Shown piece by piece: positions 9,622 to 17,538 of a stretch of 49,460 bases of DNA (its first letter is position 1; every line of letters begins with the position of its first letter). A program made the position numbers and the translations under genes. The notes under the pieces were generated by a model, which searched no databases, was not told where the DNA came from, and worked only from the letters and a program-made list of their open reading frames with translations. The DNA is from Patescibacteria group bacterium (GTDB lineage: Bacteria; Patescibacteriota; 4484-211): assembly GCA_018824115.1 (NCBI GenBank), contig JAHJGY010000022.1, positions 1 through 49,460 of the forward strand, read 5' to 3'.

Positions 9622-11700
9622 ATGCAGAAAAATATTAGTTATAAAATATCAATCCTTTTTTTAAGTATTGGAGTTTATCTAGGACAATTGTTAATTATGC
9701 CTCGAATAACTGTGGAAGCCGCTACCGACCTAAGAGTTGGTAGCAATGGCCGCTGGCTGGTAAAAAGGGACTCGAGTGAGCCCTTTTTTCTTATGACCGA
9801 TTCTGCCTGGCGGCTCCATGCGCTTTCCTCTGGCGAACAAGATACCTATTTTCAAAATAGACAAAGTAAAAAATTTAATGGCACCTATGTTGGATTAACA
9901 ACTTATTGGAATGATGTCGATGCAAGTAATGCAAATGGCGATCTTCCCTTTAATGATGATACTGATTGTCTTGATTGGAATTATGAATACTTTGAATTCT
10001 TTTCGGATATGGTAGAGAAAGCGGGCTCGTATGGCATTTACATTATTATTGAAATTGGAGAAGCGACTGACAGTCGAAGACCATTTTTTGTGGGTACTGG
10101 TAATATTTCAAAGGCAAAAGACTGGGGAAAAATGGTTGGAGAGTATTTTGGAAATCACGAAAATGCAATTTTTGCTCTAGGACAAGATAGGGATGCGGAT
10201 GAAGATGGTTTAGAGTTACACAGAGCAGTAGCAGAAGGTTTAGTAGAGGGTGTAACTGGTCGAGATATAAATTGGGACGAGTCGTCTTCTGCTTGGAACG
10301 AGGTTCTCTTAACATATCACCCTGCAGGGGGAATACTGAATTCGTCTGATTGGTTTCATAATGATCCATGGCTTGATTTTAATAGTATTGAGTTATATGG
10401 TGGGAGCAGGCAAGATGATATTTACCCAGAGATACAAAATGACTATAACAAATCTCCTACAAAACCTACGTGGGTGATTGAGGCAGCCTACGAGGATCGA
10501 GAATCCAGTGTCCCGGAAGATGATCCAAAGGTTGATGAGTATTGGATACGTTTTAGCGCATATCAGGGAGTTTTTGCCGGAGCATTTGGAACCAGCTATG
10601 GACATCATTATAACTACTATTTTCCTGATGATTGGAGAGACAAGCTCGACACGCCTGGGGCTTTGGACATGCCACATTTGTTCAATCTGATTAATAATAG
10701 TAATAGAAATTTTTCACTTCTTCAGCCTGACCAGAATGTTATTACCTCTTTGGTTGGGAGTGGATTTGAACGACGCGTGGCCGTAAGGGCCAGTAACGGA
10801 GCGTTTATATATGTGTATCTTCCCAGGGGAGGATCGGTTACGGTTGATATGACAAAAATATCAACCGGAGATGTTACTGCACAGTGGTACAATCCGCGCA
10901 ATGGTTCCTACTCAAGCATTGGAATGTATGCCAACAGTGGCACACGCTCGTTTTCTGCTGCAAGCAGTGGAAAGGGAAATGATTATGTTCTTGTGCTTAC
11001 TGGCGGCGAAACTTCAACACCTACTCCAACATCTACTCCCGCCTCAACACCAACGCCATTTCCAATTCCCACCCCATATGCAATTCCTGGAAGAGTTGAG
11101 GTAGAAAATTATAATGTGGGTGGGGAAGGACTTGCGTATCACGATACAACATCTGGCAATGAAGGTGGAGAATACAGGGATGAAGATGTGGATATTCAAA
11201 ATTGTGAGGATGAAGGTAGGGGTTATAACATTGGATGGATCAGGGAAGGCGAATGGCTTAAATATGATGTCGAAATTAGCGAGTCAGGGAATTATGAAGT
11301 GAGATTAAGAGTAGCTGGGGATACAGAAGTAAGCGGTTCTGTACATTTTGAGCTTGACGGAGAGAGGGTTACGGAGGATATTATAATTCCCAACACAGGT
11401 GGCTGGCAATCCTGGACGACAGTGAGTATAGATACAACACGAGAGCTTGTTTTAGGAAACCACACTCTAACCATTTATATGGGCGGAAATAGCTTTAATA
11501 TTAATTGGGTGGAGTTAGTTGGTTCGATAACCCCTGGCGACCTTAACAACGATGGCGTGGTTGACATCTTTGACCTGGTCATCATAGGCAGTTGTTTTGG
11601 GCAGGAAGCAGTCGGAGACTGCGCTCGCGCAGACGCCAACGGAAACGGAGTGGTGGATGTTTTTGATCTAGTGATAGTGGGAGGTAATTTTGGAGCGTAG
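9622..11700 (+). CDS. Secreted DUF4038/GH140 (apiosidase-like) hydrolase + putative collagen-binding-type domain + CBM6-like + dockerin
   Basis: LRV..NGR.LV....PFF...D.AW.L, LLTYHP...SSDWFH..PWLDFN, KP....E..YE, G.FG..YGH, then A.WYNPR.G...DYVLVL. CBM6-like IPGRVEVENY...YNIGWI..GEWLKY...TGGWQSW follows, then a dockerin. Confidence 0.85.
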   Translation: MQKNISYKISILFLSIGVYLGQLLIMPRITVEAATDLRVGSNGRWLVKRDSSEPFFLMTDSAWRLHALSSGEQDTYFQNRQSKKFNGTYVGLTTYWNDVDASNANGDLPFNDDTDCLDWNYEYFEFFSDMVEKAGSYGIYIIIEIGEATDSRRPFFVGTGNISKAKDWGKMVGEYFGNHENAIFALGQDRDADEDGLELHRAVAEGLVEGVTGRDINWDESSSAWNEVLLTYHPAGGILNSSDWFHNDPWLDFNSIELYGGSRQDDIYPEIQNDYNKSPTKPTWVIEAAYEDRESSVPEDDPKVDEYWIRFSAYQGVFAGAFGTSYGHHYNYYFPDDWRDKLDTPGALDMPHLFNLINNSNRNFSLLQPDQNVITSLVGSGFERRVAVRASNGAFIYVYLPRGGSVTVDMTKISTGDVTAQWYNPRNGSYSSIGMYANSGTRSFSAASSGKGNDYVLVLTGGETSTPTPTSTPASTPTPFPIPTPYAIPGRVEVENYNVGGEGLAYHDTTSGNEGGEYRDEDVDIQNCEDEGRGYNIGWIREGEWLKYDVEISESGNYEVRLRVAGDTEVSGSVHFELDGERVTEDIIIPNTGGWQSWTTVSIDTTRELVLGNHTLTIYMGGNSFNINWVELVGSITPGDLNNDGVVDIFDLVIIGSCFGQEAVGDCARADANGNGVVDVFDLVIVGGNFGA
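11536..11694 (+). repeat. Dockerin-coding repeat, copy 4
   Basis: 11587-11667 matches 13732-13812 with a single mismatch in 81 nt. Confidence 0.95.
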
Positions 11701-11715
11701 CTAGATTTGACTAAA

Positions 11716-11838
11716 AATATGCTTATGTTCAAGAAAAAGATAGTTTCCTGTTTGTTTTTAATCGCAATTATCATACTCGCTTTTGACTCTGCGCAGGTAA
11801 GTGTTAAAGGGCAAGATGACTATACGGTTATTGTTGAT
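11716..11838 (+). repeat. Signal-peptide-coding repeat, copy 2
   Basis: Matches 5770-5892. Confidence 0.95.
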
Positions 11839-13848
11839 GCTAATGAGCCTGTCTCAAGAAACCAATCTTTGAAAGGGCAGGTTTTGCAGGCAAGTGATGC
11901 CAAGACTGGGTATATTCACATGGATCCTTCAGGGAAGGGATTTGTTTACGAAGGAGGGGCGAAATTTATTCCTGTTGGTCACAATGCGCACACTGTATAC
12001 AAAAGGGAATGGCAAGACGATCCAGTTACTGGCAGAGAATATATTTCTCGGTTAGGGGCACGCATTGAAAGAGATGGGTGTACGGATTGGTGTGGGGATG
12101 GGTGTTTACCCGAAACTGAAGGCTTAACCTATGACGAATGGTTTTCACAGTTGGAGGAATCGGGTGTCAACAGCCTGCGTTTGCACTTTAGTTCCAATGT
12201 TTGGCGGCCTGGTGTGCACCCTTTGCCAGTTGGTAAATACAACGTTATGGATGAGCAGGTTTGCGCCATGCTGGATGGCGCTAGAAGTAACGCCGATGGG
12301 TTCCAGGATAAACAGATTGACGGGGAAGACTTAATGATAAACTATCCGAGTTGCAGATGGCCAGATTTTTCCAATGAAAACTGCGGCCCCCTATACGGAC
12401 CCAAGCTACGCAAGAGTCTAATTACTCGAATGCTTGCATCTGCAGAAAGCCACAGCGTAAAGCTAAAAATTGTTTTTTTCGGAACAGATGGCTGGAGTGG
12501 TGACCCCTATGAAGATAATGGTAATTTTAATTGGAACAGCTGGGAAATCAATCCCTTTAACAGCGCTAATTGCCGACACGACGATCCCGGAAGATGCGGG
12601 CCTATTAGCAACAGGTTCGACTTTTGGACCAACGGAACTTGGAACTCGCCACTCTTTTCAGAAGAATCTGCCATAAATTATGCCAAAAGATATGTGGCGT
12701 TTATAATGCACGTTTGGGGAGACAGCACCGCTATTTGGGACTGGGAATTGTGGAACGAAATTAATTACGCCTCCATCTCCTACGGCCACGAGCAGGAAAT
12801 GGCCAATTGGGTAAACAACATGGCTGCTTATGTCAAATCAAATGATCTTCATCACCGCCCTGTTTCCATAAGTTCCTACAATCTTAGCACTAGCACGGAC
12901 AACCAGCAAAAAATGCAAGTATTTGCCTCACCAAACATTGATTACGTCCAATGGCACTACTACCCACGGGACGAAGATGCCAGTGTCCAATACGCCCTTC
13001 AGGCCACAAGAGATATGGAAGATATTTACAACAAGCCGGCTTTTATCGGAGAATTCTGGCCATGGACTGCCCAGATGGGTCCAATTGAACAAGATGTAAC
13101 TGGCATCTTTATTGAAGACAGCCAAAAGGACGATCCTCCCCACGAGGAATATCCATACCGTCCGAGTTTAGCCAGACTTTGGCTACAACTGATTTCTTCT
13201 GGGACTAGTGTTTCTCATCGTTGGCATGAACCAGGATTAACGGGAATTCGCTATTGGGAAGTTCATCGGCTTTATCAAGGCGTGGCCAAATTTATCAACG
13301 TTGTTTCTTGGGATAGTTGGAACTTAGCTAATTCAATTCCCTGGGAAGATTTTATTACTGGGGATATCGATTTTGTTGCTGGGCGGGGTGATGGAGATCA
13401 GATTTTTGCCATGATTCATGGTATAGGTGATTCTGTAAATGTAGAAATCAATAATCTTGATGATGGGACTTATGTTGTGAGATCTTTTGATTTTATTTCT
13501 GGAGAGGTGGCGGAAGTCTACAATGGTCAACAGACATTTGGGAGCACTTTGAGTCTCTCGTTTAGTTTATCTAACTCAACATTAGATGTCGGAAATGACG
13601 GGTATGACAGGAGGAGAGTAGGAATTTTTCTTATAGAAAAAGAGGACATGGGTGTTCCCACTCCCCTCCCCTCGGTTGAAGGAGACCTCAATAATGATGG
13701 TATCGTTGACATTTTCGATCTCGTTATTATCGGCAGTTGTTTTGGGCAGGAAGCAGTCGGAGACTGCGCTCGCGCGGACGCCAACGGAAACGGAGTGGTG
13801 GATGTTTTTGATTTGGTAATTGTGGGTAGTCATTTTGGTATTTGGTAA
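11719..13848 (+). CDS. Secreted GH5-like (clan GH-A) glycoside hydrolase with C-terminal dockerin
   Basis: Signal peptide (ATG 11719 or 11725), G..FIPVG.N, GVNSLRL, WELWNE (acid/base), D.HHRPV, Q.HYY, KP.FIGEF (nucleophile), then a dockerin. Confidence 0.85.
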   Translation: MLMFKKKIVSCLFLIAIIILAFDSAQVSVKGQDDYTVIVDANEPVSRNQSLKGQVLQASDAKTGYIHMDPSGKGFVYEGGAKFIPVGHNAHTVYKREWQDDPVTGREYISRLGARIERDGCTDWCGDGCLPETEGLTYDEWFSQLEESGVNSLRLHFSSNVWRPGVHPLPVGKYNVMDEQVCAMLDGARSNADGFQDKQIDGEDLMINYPSCRWPDFSNENCGPLYGPKLRKSLITRMLASAESHSVKLKIVFFGTDGWSGDPYEDNGNFNWNSWEINPFNSANCRHDDPGRCGPISNRFDFWTNGTWNSPLFSEESAINYAKRYVAFIMHVWGDSTAIWDWELWNEINYASISYGHEQEMANWVNNMAAYVKSNDLHHRPVSISSYNLSTSTDNQQKMQVFASPNIDYVQWHYYPRDEDASVQYALQATRDMEDIYNKPAFIGEFWPWTAQMGPIEQDVTGIFIEDSQKDDPPHEEYPYRPSLARLWLQLISSGTSVSHRWHEPGLTGIRYWEVHRLYQGVAKFINVVSWDSWNLANSIPWEDFITGDIDFVAGRGDGDQIFAMIHGIGDSVNVEINNLDDGTYVVRSFDFISGEVAEVYNGQQTFGSTLSLSFSLSNSTLDVGNDGYDRRRVGIFLIEKEDMGVPTPLPSVEGDLNNDGIVDIFDLVIIGSCFGQEAVGDCARADANGNGVVDVFDLVIVGSHFGIW
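13681..13839 (+). repeat. Dockerin-coding repeat, copy 5
   Basis: GDLNNDGIVDIFDLVIIGSCFGQEAVGDCARADANGNGVVDVFDLVIVGSHFG. Confidence 0.95.
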
Positions 13849-13883
13849 TATTTAAATATAGGCATTAGGTGCGCAATTGGTAT

Positions 13884-13919
13884 ACGGACTTGACAAGGCC
13901 AGTCCGTGTTTGACATACT
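13884..13919 (+). promoter_or_regulatory. Promoter candidate with overlapping inverted repeat
   Basis: TTGACA(13890-95)-N18-CATACT with TGn. The inverted repeat ACGGACT-N10-AGTCCGT spans 13884-13907. Confidence 0.5.
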
Positions 13920-13942
13920 CTAACTGTAGCTTCTATATCGAG

Positions 13943-14209
13943 ATGGAGAATTTTGATCATAAAGAAAATTTTATGGAAGCGGGCACAAATTTCCCCAAAG
14001 TGTCCCCGAGTAGCAGGAAATTCCAGTTTTTATTAGCAGTTATTCTTTTGTTGTTAGTCTTTTTTTTCCCGATAAATGGTAGATCGCTGTTAGATAGATT
14101 AGTAGACTGGAAACAAGAAAGAGTGGTAAATTTGGTTCCAAACCCATCTTTTGAGGAGGGCCTTGATAACCAGCCAGCAGGATGGACAACCAAGAGTCGA
14201 AGTTTGTGA
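13943..14209 (+). CDS. Small membrane protein ending in the N-terminal segment of a CBM4/9-like domain (paralog 1)
   Basis: TM helix-FFPING.SL..RL, then NLVPNPSFEEGLDNQPAGWTTKS and a stop 3 residues later. Start is ATG 13943 or 13973. Confidence 0.8.
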   Translation: MENFDHKENFMEAGTNFPKVSPSSRKFQFLLAVILLLLVFFFPINGRSLLDRLVDWKQERVVNLVPNPSFEEGLDNQPAGWTTKSRSL

Positions 14210-14246
14210 GGGTACACAGGCCTTTGATGTTGGTTCAGTATTAAAT

Positions 14247-14537
14247 ATGGAAGGAATTATTCCAGAGGAACAACTGAAACAAGAGAGTCCATTAGAAAAT
14301 GAGGTTCATGATGATCTTGCCAAGTTGCTTTTTAGGAAGAGGTATATTTACATTATTGTTGCTATGGCAGTTCTTTTCTTGTTCTTCTTCCCTATCGGTG
14401 AAAAGTCACTGATAGAGCGATTAGCAGAATTGGGTAAGCAGAAGGCAGAGAATCTAGTTCCGAATCCGAGCTTTGAAAAAGGTTCGGGGGATGAGCCGGC
14501 TGGCTGGACGACGAAAAGTAAATATTCTTCCGAGTAA
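14247..14537 (+). CDS. Small membrane protein ending in the N-terminal segment of a CBM4/9-like domain (paralog 2)
   Basis: TM helix-FFPIG.KSL..RL, then NLVPNPSFEKGSGDEPAGWTTKS and a stop 5 residues later. Start reassigned to ATG 14247. Confidence 0.8.
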   Translation: MEGIIPEEQLKQESPLENEVHDDLAKLLFRKRYIYIIVAMAVLFLFFFPIGEKSLIERLAELGKQKAENLVPNPSFEKGSGDEPAGWTTKSKYSSE

Positions 14538-14539
14538 TC

Positions 14540-17359
14540 ATGCAACGTAAAATAGCTATAACCATTAGTGTTTTTGTTCTAGCGCTACTTCTCCCTGTTA
14601 TGGGTGCGGCGCAAGTTGTAGGTTGTGAATATGAGTGGGCTAGTGATTATTTCCACACTGGAGATCGCTCTCTTAAAATTCAAAGTGATGATCCGGGCAC
14701 TGCCTGTAGTTGGGTGAGCGAGGAGGGGGTTGAGGTGACAGCGGGTGAGGAGTATGAGATATCGGGCTGGATTAGAACAGAAGATGTAAATGGTGCTGCG
14801 GTAGTTGAGGTTGTGTTCTACGGTGGTACTGGCACTGAGGTTTTCAGGGAATCGACGCCGGAGTTAGATGGGACGACAAGTAATCCGGACGAGAATGATT
14901 TTGTCGAGAGAACAGCTAGCGCGATTGCGCCTGCGAGCGCAGTAAGCGCGGTATTGGAGTTAACGCTAATAGGAACAGGAATAGTTTGGTTCGATGATGT
15001 TTCTATGAGCCAGGTTTCGGGTGAAGCGAACACAGTTAGGGTGGCGCCGGAGATGCAAACAGTGGGTATTGATGATGAAATGGTCGTAGATATTAATATA
15101 ATAGATACGGCGAATTTGTATGGATTTCAATTTGATCTTGCCTATGATTCGTCCATTCTAGAGTACATTTCCTTGGAAAGAGGAACATTTATTGGTGATT
15201 CGTATAGTACTTACTGGGTTGCTTTAAATACTGGTACCCCGGGGTTAATTGGTAGTATTGCTGTGACGCGAACAACTCCTGGCGAAACAGTATCTGGCTC
15301 GGGAACACTGGTGGGCGTGAGGTTCAGAACTCTGGCAGCGGGAACCTCAGTAATTGATATTCAGGGTCTTAAATTATCAGATGATGATGCAAACGAGATC
15401 TTGTCAACAGCGCAGGATGGCACTGTTATTGTAGCTGGAGAGATAACTCCTCCATCACAGCCCACGCCGACCCCGATACCGACATCTATACCAACCCCAA
15501 CCCCAACTATACCGATACCTACGCCTACGGCGGTGCCTACAGTTACACCCACGGTAGCACCAACAGTGGTGCCCACATTGGCGCCAACGCCAACGCCAAC
15601 GCCTACCATACCGATACCTACGCCTACAACGGCGCCTGCAGTTACACCCACGGTAGCACCAACGGTGACGCCCACATTGGCACCAATACCGACGTTAACA
15701 CCTACACCCCCACCCGAGGATTCCTGTCTTTATGAGTGGGCTACTGATTATTATCGGTCACCGGATCACTCATTAAAAGTCTATAGTGATGACCCGGCTT
15801 CTACTTGCAGTTGGGTTTCCGAGGATCCAATATCAGTTAACGCTGGTAAAGAATACGAATTGGTCGGGTGGATTCGAACAGAGAATGCGGCCGACGGTGT
15901 GTACTTGGAAATAGTGTTTTACGATAGTAATGGTGACGAACTTATGAGAAAGGCGACCTTAGAGGTGATTGGTACGACGGGAGTTTTTGTTGAGAGGAAG
16001 GTTAGTGCGGTAGCACCTTCTGGAAGCATGAGTGTAGCAATAGAACTAACTCTGACGGGAATTGGGACAGCGTGGTTTGACGATATCTCTTTTTCCGAGG
16101 TGTCTATTGAACCGAATACAGTTAAAGTATCACCCGATTCACAAACCGTTGCAGTTGGTGATGCAGTGTCTGTGGATATTAACGTAGTTGAAGTTTCTGA
16201 CCTATATGGATTCCAATTTGATATAACCTATGGATCGACGATATTGGAATTTGCTTCGTTAGAACGTGGGCTTTTTATTGGAGATGCGGACAGTACTTAT
16301 TGGGTTAGTGAAGATACCAGTAGTGCTGGTGTAATTAGGAATATTGCCGCGACACGGACTATTCCCGGAGTAGCTGTTTCGGGGTCAGGTACATTAATTA
16401 CTCTCACATTTAATGCTGTTGCTAGTGGAAGTTCAAGTATTAGAATCGAGAATTTGAAGCTGGCTGGCAGTAATGCCGAAGAAATACCTTCTACGGCTGT
16501 GAGTGGAGTTGTTGTTGTTTCTACAGGAGAGAACGAGTTGCCATTAGTAGATTTAAAGGCAGACAGTTTAGACGGGTCGATTACTATTCCCATTAATAAC
16601 ACTGTTGCCCTTTCCTGGACTTCTGAAAATGCTACCAGTTGTGTGGGTTCGGGAGATTGGTCAGGAGTGAAGCCGCTGGTTGGGCTGGAAGAAACTGGTA
16701 ATTTGACATCTCAGAAGTTTTACACACTAACCTGCACCGGTTCAGGAGGAACAGCTTCGGATAGCGTGACTGTTAACATAGGAGCTACGCCGACACTTTA
16801 TACCAGTTTGCAAGTGGCTGTTGATTCAATGAATTGGCAGAATAGTTTATCGGGCAGTGCTCCCCTGAATGGCGTTGATTTGAAGGCAACGGTGGAGCAG
16901 TGCACGATAAACTATACCTTTTGGTGCCATTGTGCCGATTCCGGTTTGAGCGTTTCAAAGACCATCGAAAAGTGCGGAATTCCCGATTATAAGGTAGATG
17001 GGACTCATCAGAATCCGATGGTGGCAGATGATTTATGTGACTATTCTTTTTCTGGGATCTATACTGCGAAGGTGATTGTGGAAAAATACCTTTCCGAACC
17101 AGTAGAAGATAGAGCTACAATTCTTGTTGCTCCCGAAACGAGCCCGCCACCAGTTTCCCCGATTCCGACACCTGTACCGAGTGATAAGTATGATGTTAAC
17201 GGTGATGGGGTTGTGAATATAGATGACCTTAAGGCGGTAATCAATTGTTGGGGAAAATCTTACTGCCTACCGCTGGAAACGGATATCAACGGAGATGGAA
17301 TCGTCAACGGATGGGATGTAATTGAGTTAACTCGTTATCTAATTGCCCAGAAATTCTAA
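14540..17359 (+). CDS. Scaffoldin-like secreted protein: [N-truncated CBM4/9-like + cohesin] x2, Pro/Thr linker, two Ig/PKD-like domains, divergent C-terminal dockerin
   Basis: Signal peptide. CBM-like domains at ~14624-15016 and ~15725-16102. Cohesins at ~15029-15436 and ~16115-16522 (LYGFQFD..Y...ILE...G.F...VSGSGTL....F....G.S.I). Dockerin DVNGDGVVNIDD...DINGDGIVNGWD from 17192. Confidence 0.88.
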   Translation: MQRKIAITISVFVLALLLPVMGAAQVVGCEYEWASDYFHTGDRSLKIQSDDPGTACSWVSEEGVEVTAGEEYEISGWIRTEDVNGAAVVEVVFYGGTGTEVFRESTPELDGTTSNPDENDFVERTASAIAPASAVSAVLELTLIGTGIVWFDDVSMSQVSGEANTVRVAPEMQTVGIDDEMVVDINIIDTANLYGFQFDLAYDSSILEYISLERGTFIGDSYSTYWVALNTGTPGLIGSIAVTRTTPGETVSGSGTLVGVRFRTLAAGTSVIDIQGLKLSDDDANEILSTAQDGTVIVAGEITPPSQPTPTPIPTSIPTPTPTIPIPTPTAVPTVTPTVAPTVVPTLAPTPTPTPTIPIPTPTTAPAVTPTVAPTVTPTLAPIPTLTPTPPPEDSCLYEWATDYYRSPDHSLKVYSDDPASTCSWVSEDPISVNAGKEYELVGWIRTENAADGVYLEIVFYDSNGDELMRKATLEVIGTTGVFVERKVSAVAPSGSMSVAIELTLTGIGTAWFDDISFSEVSIEPNTVKVSPDSQTVAVGDAVSVDINVVEVSDLYGFQFDITYGSTILEFASLERGLFIGDADSTYWVSEDTSSAGVIRNIAATRTIPGVAVSGSGTLITLTFNAVASGSSSIRIENLKLAGSNAEEIPSTAVSGVVVVSTGENELPLVDLKADSLDGSITIPINNTVALSWTSENATSCVGSGDWSGVKPLVGLEETGNLTSQKFYTLTCTGSGGTASDSVTVNIGATPTLYTSLQVAVDSMNWQNSLSGSAPLNGVDLKATVEQCTINYTFWCHCADSGLSVSKTIEKCGIPDYKVDGTHQNPMVADDLCDYSFSGIYTAKVIVEKYLSEPVEDRATILVAPETSPPPVSPIPTPVPSDKYDVNGDGVVNIDDLKAVINCWGKSYCLPLETDINGDGIVNGWDVIELTRYLIAQKF
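15446..15715 (+). repeat. Pro/Thr linker with an internal ~99-nt-period duplication
   Basis: ccgatacctacgcctac...cagttacacccacggtagcaccaac...gcccacattggc occurs at 15512 and 15611. Confidence 0.85.
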
Positions 17360-17418
17360 TTCCCCTTTGGCAATGATTTTTCGGCGGACTTGCCTTCCTT
17401 CGGGTATTTATTCTATTC

Positions 17419-17448
17419 TTGACAAAATTCGGAAGTAAGGGGTAGGAT
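17419..17448 (+). promoter_or_regulatory. Promoter candidate for pilMNO
   Basis: TTGACA-N18-TAGGAT. Confidence 0.55.
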
Positions 17449-17538
17449 AGAGGTAGTCGTGGGATTTAAAGAACCCGCCGGATCGACGGGTTAATTCGGT
17501 CGGTGGTCCGATTTTACATTGGACTGGACTTCAATTTA

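Noticed and set aside
5559..13839. Dockerin repeats as a diversity-generating retroelement TR/VR set or a CRISPR array
   Set aside because: No reverse transcriptase or cas gene is in the window. All copies are coding and kilobases apart, and the differences are not adenine-specific.
14151..14540. Frameshifted or pseudogenised single CBM gene spanning the small ORFs and the scaffoldin
   Set aside because: The scaffoldin has its own ATG and signal peptide, both small ORFs stop at equivalent points, and the internal second CBM is truncated identically. It is kept as a split-domain finding instead.
15361..15675. Antisense Val/Gly-rich ORF and the many other short opposite-strand or nested ORFs in the track
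   Set aside because: They are shadows of real genes (here the mirror of the Pro/Thr linker) with no independent motifs.
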